NCBI GenBank assembly: GCA_026390345.1
Contig: JAPLGD010000037.1
Location: forward strand, 1-60,099
DNA: 60,099 bases
Direction of reading: 5' to 3'
From: Candidatus Bipolaricaulota bacterium
GTDB taxonomy: Bacteria; Bipolaricaulota; Bipolaricaulia; UBA7950; UBA9294
The notes below the pieces were generated by a model that saw nothing but the letters and a program-made list of their open reading frames with translations, was not told the origin of the DNA and did not search any database. Positions within the stretch are counted from its first letter, which is position 1, and each line of letters starts with the position of its first letter. Below are positions 54,243 to 60,099 of this stretch, in pieces. A program made the position numbers and the translations under genes.

Positions 54243-56657
54243 CTACTGGATCAGTCCCTCGTTCCCCAGGAACTCCATGACCACGTCGAGCGGCTCTCGG
54301 TGGAGCAGGCGGACGCGGCTGGCCATGCTGCGTAGGTTCCGTTCGGTCAGGTGGGCCGACAACTTCGCGAAGACCTGCTCAACTTCGGGGAACCGCCGAA
54401 CGTCCTCTCGACCGACCAGGACGCCGATGGGTCTTCCCGGCAGAGCAAAGGCATCGTCTTCGAGCCGCACAAACCCCGCCACGGTCGCCGTTTCCTCGAC
54501 GTTCTCGAGCAGGGCCGCGGAGACCGATCCGAACTTGAGCAGGGCCTCCGCCTCCTCGGGCGTCGCGGTTCGACGTAACGAACGGATCGGCACTCCGTAG
54601 GCAGAGGTGAACCGAGCCACGGCGTCGTCCGAAATCTCGGCCGGAACGGCGATCGTTCTCCCCTCCGCGTCGCGGGAGCGCGCAAACGCGGAGATCGACG
54701 GCTCGCCCAACCCTCGGGCAATCTCCCCCGGGACGATGAGATCCCAGCGCAGGTCCGTCGGCACACTCCAGTACACCGGCGTTCCCGGCGGCGGGGCCGC
54801 CCCGACCCACCAGGCGATGTTTACGTCGCGCTCGTCCATCGCCGCCAGCAGCTCCTCCGACGTTCCGAGCCCCGAGAGGTCGACGACGCGGAACCCGGCC
54901 TCGGAGAGCACAACCTCGAGAGCCTGCCCGAGGACGAGGTCCACGAGGTCGCGACCCGCGGCGACTACGATCGTCCCCTTCCACGCCGTGTCGGGAAGGT
55001 GGATGTTGCCGGACACGAGGGCGTCATGGTTGATCCAGCGATTGCCCCCCGCGTAGAGCAGCTCGGCCGTCTCGTTCTTCACGTCATGCAGGCGGTTCCT
55101 CTCGAACAGGTTGTTCTGGACGATCGGCGCCCCTCCGGGTGTCTCCGCGACAAGGGAGATTCCCAGCAACGGGAGAACGGTGTCCTCTTCCGACAGGGCT
55201 TCCTGCCATCGCAGGCCGACTTCGTTACCGACCAATCGATTCCCTACCACGCGGACCCCGAACCCGGGTGCGTACAGGCTGACGCCGACGTCACAGTCCG
55301 AGACTCGGTTCCCCTGGATCGTGTCGCGCGAGGACGTGGCGGTGAGAATCCCCACCGCCGTCTCGCTCACGGCGTTCTCGATCACGTTGTTCCCTTGACA
55401 GTGGTTGGCGAGGACGACGCCGGAGAGCCTGCAACGGTTCATCACGCTCCGCAGAACGGAGTTGTCGATCGCTCCGACGAGGACGACGCCCGACGCGGAA
55501 TCGTCGATGCGGTTGTCGAGGAGGCGGTTGCGGTGGGCCTCGGCAAGCAGAATCCCCGCTGTGTCCGCTCGGACGATTGTGTTCCCGAGCAGGCGTCCCT
55601 CCGAGGATCGCGTGAGGGCAATTCCTGTCTTGCCGTCCGAGATGCGGTTGCGCGCGATCAGGTTCGCGTCGCTCGCATCGATCCGGATCGCTGCGTCGCG
55701 GCATCGCGACAGACGGCCGTCGACGAACGCGTTCTCCCTCCCCCCGGCGAATCGAACCCCGTCTCCCGCCGAAGATCCAACGACGTCTCGCTCGAGGCGA
55801 CTCCTGCGGGCCCCGACGAGAGAGATGCCGGCGTCCTCGACGGCCGTGATGACACAGTCCAGAATGCGATTCTCGTCTGTCTCCTCGAGGACCGCGCCGA
55901 CGCGCGACGTCCTGATTCGACTTGCCTCGAGCGCGTTGCCTCGCCCCCCAAGCACCTCGTAGCCGACGATCGACGCTCCGGCAACCCTCAACCCGACGAA
56001 GACATTGTCCTCCGATTCCCCAACAGAGACCCCCGTCGGCGCGCCGTCGACCGACACGTCGCGGAACTCGTTCGCTCGAGCCTTTCGGAGCCGAATCCCG
56101 GTCTCATCGCATCCACGTGAGACGACTCCCCGGAAGAGGTTGCCCGACGAAGCGGAGACGTCGATGCCGATTGGGCTTTCCTCGACGGTCAGCCGCTCGA
56201 ACGTCCCCTGGCCGCTGCCGGAGAGGAGCACGGCGACCTCTCCGCCGCGAGCCCGAACATCCTTGACGCGGCATCCTGTGCCTTCAACGACCAAGGCCAC
56301 AGACGCCCCTTGGATGTTGAGACGCCGCACGGCCGTGGCGTCCGCGCGGAGCGTGACGACCGGTTCGTCCGTCCCGACGAGGACCGCTCGTCCCCGCGTC
56401 GAGGTCAGAACGAGGCCCGTCGTGTCGAGGACCACCGGTCCGGAGTACGGCCCTCGGCGGGCGTCGAGGACGATCGTCGTTCCCTCGGTCGCCGTGCGGA
56501 GGGCCTCCGAAAGGGTGGCGACGTCACGCGGAACGAAGAGACTTCCTTCGGGAAAGCGGTCGCGCGTGACGCTCCAGACGACCAGCACGGCCACTCCGAC
56601 CGCAGCGATCGCAACGACAGCGATCCAGAACGGCTTCCTCCGGCATTCGTGTTTCAT
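54243..56657 (-). CDS. NosD/pectate-lyase-like right-handed beta-helix fused to an OpuAC-like periplasmic-binding domain
   Basis: N-terminal TM, VP.D..TL.EA, many GI.L..S.GN coils. C-terminus has LGQALEVVL, RLEDD..ALP, FAKLSAHLTERNLR. Confidence 0.75.
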   Translation of the reverse strand: MKHECRRKPFWIAVVAIAAVGVAVLVVWSVTRDRFPEGSLFVPRDVATLSEALRTATEGTTIVLDARRGPYSGPVVLDTTGLVLTSTRGRAVLVGTDEPVVTLRADATAVRRLNIQGASVALVVEGTGCRVKDVRARGGEVAVLLSGSGQGTFERLTVEESPIGIDVSASSGNLFRGVVSRGCDETGIRLRKARANEFRDVSVDGAPTGVSVGESEDNVFVGLRVAGASIVGYEVLGGRGNALEASRIRTSRVGAVLEETDENRILDCVITAVEDAGISLVGARRSRLERDVVGSSAGDGVRFAGGRENAFVDGRLSRCRDAAIRIDASDANLIARNRISDGKTGIALTRSSEGRLLGNTIVRADTAGILLAEAHRNRLLDNRIDDSASGVVLVGAIDNSVLRSVMNRCRLSGVVLANHCQGNNVIENAVSETAVGILTATSSRDTIQGNRVSDCDVGVSLYAPGFGVRVVGNRLVGNEVGLRWQEALSEEDTVLPLLGISLVAETPGGAPIVQNNLFERNRLHDVKNETAELLYAGGNRWINHDALVSGNIHLPDTAWKGTIVVAAGRDLVDLVLGQALEVVLSEAGFRVVDLSGLGTSEELLAAMDERDVNIAWWVGAAPPPGTPVYWSVPTDLRWDLIVPGEIARGLGEPSISAFARSRDAEGRTIAVPAEISDDAVARFTSAYGVPIRSLRRTATPEEAEALLKFGSVSAALLENVEETATVAGFVRLEDDAFALPGRPIGVLVGREDVRRFPEVEQVFAKLSAHLTERNLRSMASRVRLLHREPLDVVMEFLGNEGLIQ

Positions 56658-56694
56658 CGTGCCCACTCTAGCACACGGGCTCGCGCACCGTCCA
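56564..56694. repeat. Copy 1 of a ~130-bp imperfect direct repeat (promoter + 5' end of the beta-helix gene)
   Basis: Aligns by eye with 56971-57100. Promoter TGGACG-18 bp-TAGAGT with extended TG on the minus strand. Confidence 0.8.
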
Positions 56695-56828
56695 GGACGC
56701 GGCTTGGGGCTCTCCGGTCACTCGGAGGCCAGGGCGTCGTCAGACGACCCGGCCAGCCAGAGCGTTGGGCACGAAAGGCTTGCCGCCGCACGTCAACGGA
56801 CACCCACTCCGCGGCGGCGTACGCCGTG

Positions 56829-56866
56829 ACCCTCCTCCACGCAGTTCCATTCTCCCTCGCTACAGG
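56829..56866. repeat. 38-bp imperfect direct repeat, copy 1 (copy 2 at 57678-57715)
   Basis: 33/38 identical: ACCCTCCTCCAC..TTCCATTCT.CCTCGCTAC.GG. Confidence 0.75.
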
Positions 56867-56956
56867 TGCGGATGGGGTGGAGGGAGCGGATGAAGGGGCG
56901 GAGTCGATGAGCCACCGATCGGATGGGCGACCTCAGGCGGAATGGAGGGGTCTCCC

Positions 56957-57100
56957 TCAGAAAAGCAGGCGCGTGAAGTTCCAGATGACCAGGATGGCAA
57001 TCCCAACCACGGCGACTGCAGCGATGACGATCCTGAAAGGCTTTCTCCGGCATGCGCGTTTCGCGGACCCACTCTAGCACACGCGCTCGTGCAGCGTCCA
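56957..57100 (-). pseudogene. Start-less relic paralogous to the N-terminus of the beta-helix gene (copy 2 of the repeat)
   Basis: Reads AKRACRRKPFRIVIAAVAVVGIAILVIWNFTRLLF* versus MKHECRRKPFWIAVVAIAAVGVAVLVVWSVTR. ATG is replaced by GCG. Confidence 0.65.
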
Positions 57101-57155
57101 AGCTGCGTCGCGGGGCTCTTCAGTCACTCCGGGGAGGCACCGACCGCGCGAAGGA

Positions 57156-57644
57156 TCAGTCGGGCATGATCGTGCAGACGAGGAGGGCTTCTCCGTCCGT
57201 CCCGTCGGAGTTCGCCCCGTCCAGAGCTACTCGCACATCGACGCCGACGTCAAACGTGCCGTTGGAGCCGCTCGAGAGGATGATTGGCTGGTCTCCGAGC
57301 GTCGTGTACCCCCGCCCGTGTTCCCTCACATCCACCGACGGGAGTCTGCTCCGGGAGGAGTTCGCCCAGCGCACCTGAAGGCGCCAGGGCGTGTTGCTGA
57401 CCACACGAAAGCGGAATGCATTCTCGTCTTCGATGTAGCCGCGTGAGCGCTCGAGGGTCGATGCAGGTCGGAAGCTGTACGAGACCGCGGTCACATCCTG
57501 GGACGACCCGGCCAGCCGAAGCGTTTGGTACGGAAGGATTCGCCACCGCACGTCGACGGACACCGACTTCTCTACGGCGTACGCCGCGACGGCGACAAGG
57601 GACAGCGCGAGGATGATCGTCATCCAGGCCCGTCCTCGGCCCAT
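57156..57644 (-). CDS. Secreted beta-rich pilin/fibre-subunit-like protein (162 aa)
   Basis: ATG after GGGAGG; signal peptide; V.V.W.I..YQ.L and F.VVSNTPWRLQV pattern seen in CS1/WxL/spore-coat-U-like subunits. Confidence 0.6.
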   Translation of the reverse strand: MGRGRAWMTIILALSLVAVAAYAVEKSVSVDVRWRILPYQTLRLAGSSQDVTAVSYSFRPASTLERSRGYIEDENAFRFRVVSNTPWRLQVRWANSSRSRLPSVDVREHGRGYTTLGDQPIILSSGSNGTFDVGVDVRVALDGANSDGTDGEALLVCTIMPD

Positions 57645-57708
57645 CAGGGAAGAACCTCCCGATAGTTCCACGTCGCAACCCTCCTCCACACTCTTCCATT
57701 CTTCCTCG

Positions 57709-58761
57709 CTACGGGATCTGCAAGACGTGTCGCCGGAGGGCGTCGACGTCGGCCGGCGTGAGGACTCCGTCGTCGTCGAAGTCGAACGCCCGAGCATTGT
57801 CCCGGATGGCCGGGAGATCGAGGGAGATTTCGAAGAGAGCCACGTCGATGTCGTCGACGCCTCCATCCCCGTCGATGTCCTCGAACAGCCCGTCTCCGTT
57901 TGCATCCTGGGGAGGCCTCGAAGAGGTCCCGAGCGGCACGAGGGCGAGCTCTGGAACGCGAAGAACGACCTGCCCTGCGACGAGGTAGTCGCCCCCGAAA
58001 TCGATCACGATTCGGACAAGGAACATCCCCGAATCGAGCAGGCTCCACGGCGCCTCCACAACGGCGTCCACGGAGTATCCCGGGAGGATGGAGAACCGGG
58101 GTAGGGAGGTCTCGGCCAGCGTGGCGCCGCTCGGAGACTGGATCGAGAGCGTCCCTGGGACCTCGGCGAGCCGCGTCTCCCCGCGGTTTGCGACGCTGAA
58201 CTCGACCGTGAGCGGCGAAAGCCCGCGCACAGCGACCCGTGTGACGGCCGCGCCCTGCACGGCCGGGAGGGATGTTACGTAGACCTTGACAAGGAACTCC
58301 CGCGCCACGCGAATTCCGCTCTCTTCCGGCCCGGCGTCGACCGCGCTCACGGCGACGAGGAGTCCCGCCCAGTGCGTTCCCACCGCCCTCGCAGGGACGG
58401 AGACACCGCAAGAGACCTCGACTTCGTCCGCGGGGCGCAGCACGTACGTCAGCGCCGGCAGAGCGAGCCACGGCGCACACGAACGCTCGATGGTTCCAGG
58501 ACGAAAGAGACGGGTCACCCCGTCGGGGTCCTCGTCCCAGTCGCACGACGAGATGTCGACACGAAGGAACGAGTTCTCGTCGTTCTGGATTGTGAAGCGC
58601 ACCTCGAGATTGGATCCCGGGCGAGCGACGAGGGAAAACTCCGACACCGAGACGGTGATCCCCGAAGCCGCTGCGGACACGCCAGCCACGACGGCCAACA
58701 CAAGGCTCCCCCACTCGAGAAGTCTGCGTCCTTTGCTTTCGGCCTCGCGACGAGCGCTCAT
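57709..58761 (-). CDS. PapD/DUF916-like two-Ig-domain secreted protein with C-terminal dockerin-like EF-hand pair
   Basis: Signal peptide; FTIQN..DW..G..SCAPWL..L.P..V.VP; C-terminus QDANGDGLFEDIDGDGGVDDIDV...FDFDDDGVLTPADV. Confidence 0.75.
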   Translation of the reverse strand: MSARREAESKGRRLLEWGSLVLAVVAGVSAAASGITVSVSEFSLVARPGSNLEVRFTIQNDENSFLRVDISSCDWDEDPDGVTRLFRPGTIERSCAPWLALPALTYVLRPADEVEVSCGVSVPARAVGTHWAGLLVAVSAVDAGPEESGIRVAREFLVKVYVTSLPAVQGAAVTRVAVRGLSPLTVEFSVANRGETRLAEVPGTLSIQSPSGATLAETSLPRFSILPGYSVDAVVEAPWSLLDSGMFLVRIVIDFGGDYLVAGQVVLRVPELALVPLGTSSRPPQDANGDGLFEDIDGDGGVDDIDVALFEISLDLPAIRDNARAFDFDDDGVLTPADVDALRRHVLQIP

Positions 58762-58834
58762 GGTTCCCTGTGTAGCGTCCGCGGCCCGCGGAAACAAGAG
58801 CGCGGGATGCCGGGAGATGGCGGAACCCGCGCCA

Positions 58835-60099
58835 TCACGCGGTCGCCACTCGCAGCCTCTCCAGGACGCCGTCCAGCGGCTCCGGGCGACCGATGTGGAA
58901 CCCCGCGCGCAATCGACGCCGATCGACCGCAAGACCTCGAGCGTCTCCTCCGTCTCGACGAACTCCGCGATGGTCCGCTTGCCAAGGCCCTTAGCCAGCT
59001 GAACCATCGCCACGACCAGGTGCCGATCGACCGGGTCGCGCCCGAGGTTGCGGATGAAGCTCCCGTCGATCTTGAGATAGTCCACATCCAGGTTCTTGAG
59101 CTGGTAGAACGAGGAGAACCCCATGCCGAAGTCGTCGAGCGCGAACTCGTACCCTTGCGTCCTGAGGGCGCGGAGGAAGTCCTTGGCCACGTGAATGTTG
59201 TAGATCGCCGCCGTCTCCGTGATCTCGAGCACGAGCCGAACGGGTCCGATGACCGACAGCGACGTTCGGCTCGAGATCGCGGACAAGACGGCGGGGTCGG
59301 TGAGCGACCGCGGCGAGAGGTTCACGGCGAACGAGACGTCGCTTGGCAACTGCTCGTCGTCCAGCGTGTCCATGACCTTCTCTAGGACCCACCGGTCGAT
59401 GTCGCCGCTCAGCCCGAACTGCTCGGCAATGTCAAGAAAAGCGCCGGGGGGAATGATCTCTCCGCTACGTCCGAGGAGGCGAAGGAGGATCTCGTAGCGG
59501 ACGATGCGGTTCTCGGTCAGATCAAGGATCGGTTGTGCGTAGAGGATGAACCCGTCGTTCTCAAGGGCGTCCCGGATCACGCGGAGCCAGTCGACGCGCG
59601 ACTCGGGGTCGTCGACCTTCTCCTCGTCGGGCGAGTAGAGGCAGAACCGGTTGCGCCCTTGGGCCTTCGCCCGGTACATCGCCATGTCGGCCTTCATGAG
59701 GAGCTCGCTCCCGCTCGCTCCGTGATCGGGGAAGAGGACGATCCCGAGGCTTGCCGTCGTTCGGAGCGTTTCCCCGTCGATCACGGCGGTGTGCTTCCGG
59801 ATCGCATCGAGCAACCGTCCCGCTGCAATCTGGGCCTGTCCACTGTCCACGTTCAGGTAGAGGACGGCGAATTCGTCGCCTCCGAGGCGAGCGAGGACGT
59901 CCGAATCCCGAACCGTCGCCCGCATTCGATGGGCGAGGCTCGCCAGGAGATCATCGCCGACCTTGTGGCCCAGCCCGTCGTTGATCTCTTTGAACCCGTC
60001 GAGGTCCATCCACAGGACAGCGCCTTGCCGTTCGTAGCGCCGAGCCTCCGCCAGATGTCGTTCGAGGAGATGCCCGAACTCGCGCCGATTGCAGAGCCC
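58835..60099 (-). CDS. GGDEF-EAL protein (5' end outside window) with a 1-nt deletion near the 3' end
   Basis: RDSD..ARLGGDEF, YEILLRL, LEITE, LDDFG, KIDGSF, IAEFVE. DCARGS should read DCAQGFHIGRP; frameshift at ~58904-58905; native stop TGA at 58837-58835. Confidence 0.88.

Noticed and set aside
57709-60009. 766-aa ORF as a single GGDEF-EAL-dockerin protein
   Set aside because: It contains an internal signal peptide and a frameshift-derived junk linker. It is better explained as two genes plus a 1-nt deletion at ~58904.
1-60099. rRNA, tRNA, RNase P, SRP, IS elements, integrases, prophage genes
   Set aside because: I saw no diagnostic motifs by eye. A tRNAscan-SE, Infernal or ISEScan run would be needed to exclude divergent copies.

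Overview
GC-rich bacterial chromosomal segment with about 62 CDS. I could support no rRNA, tRNA, IS/transposase, integrase or CRISPR array. Substrate-binding proteins without lipoboxes and several beta-strand-rich secreted proteins ending in Phe suggest a diderm. The gene set is reminiscent of Ca. Bipolaricaulota (Acetothermia); this is an inference only. Most of the window is housekeeping and transport: csp, beta-CASP RNase, MATE, a PadR-led Fec/Btu-type ABC, rimO, a CAT/GNAT cluster, BMP nucleoside ABC, PhnCDE-like ABC with RDD-fused permeases, pdp, cdd, acyl-CoA synthetase, yigZ-ruvA-ruvX, prfB with its +1 frameshift, rsmI and a BaeSR-like two-component system. The best candidate for an undescribed system is the co-oriented minus-strand locus 49778-60099. 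It encodes a GGDEF-EAL enzyme, a PapD/DUF916-like Ig protein with a C-terminal dockerin-like domain, a pilin-like secreted subunit, a beta-helix/periplasmic-binding-protein fusion, a HAMP-GGDEF membrane protein with a dead A-site but intact RxxD I-site, a subtilase whose N-terminal Ig domain is visibly homologous to that of the dockerin protein, a coiled-coil protein and a beta-barrel-like protein. Together these suggest a c-di-GMP-controlled surface-fibre/adhesin module. Other highlights: a 25-aa GCGCG/Lys-rich micro-protein with its own consensus promoter, an orphan HEPN-like gene, a coiled-coil pseudo-hydrolase, a 24-bp minisatellite, structured leaders, several probable leaderless genes and two frameshift lesions. 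All motif and alignment statements were made by eye; no database searches or folding programs were run.
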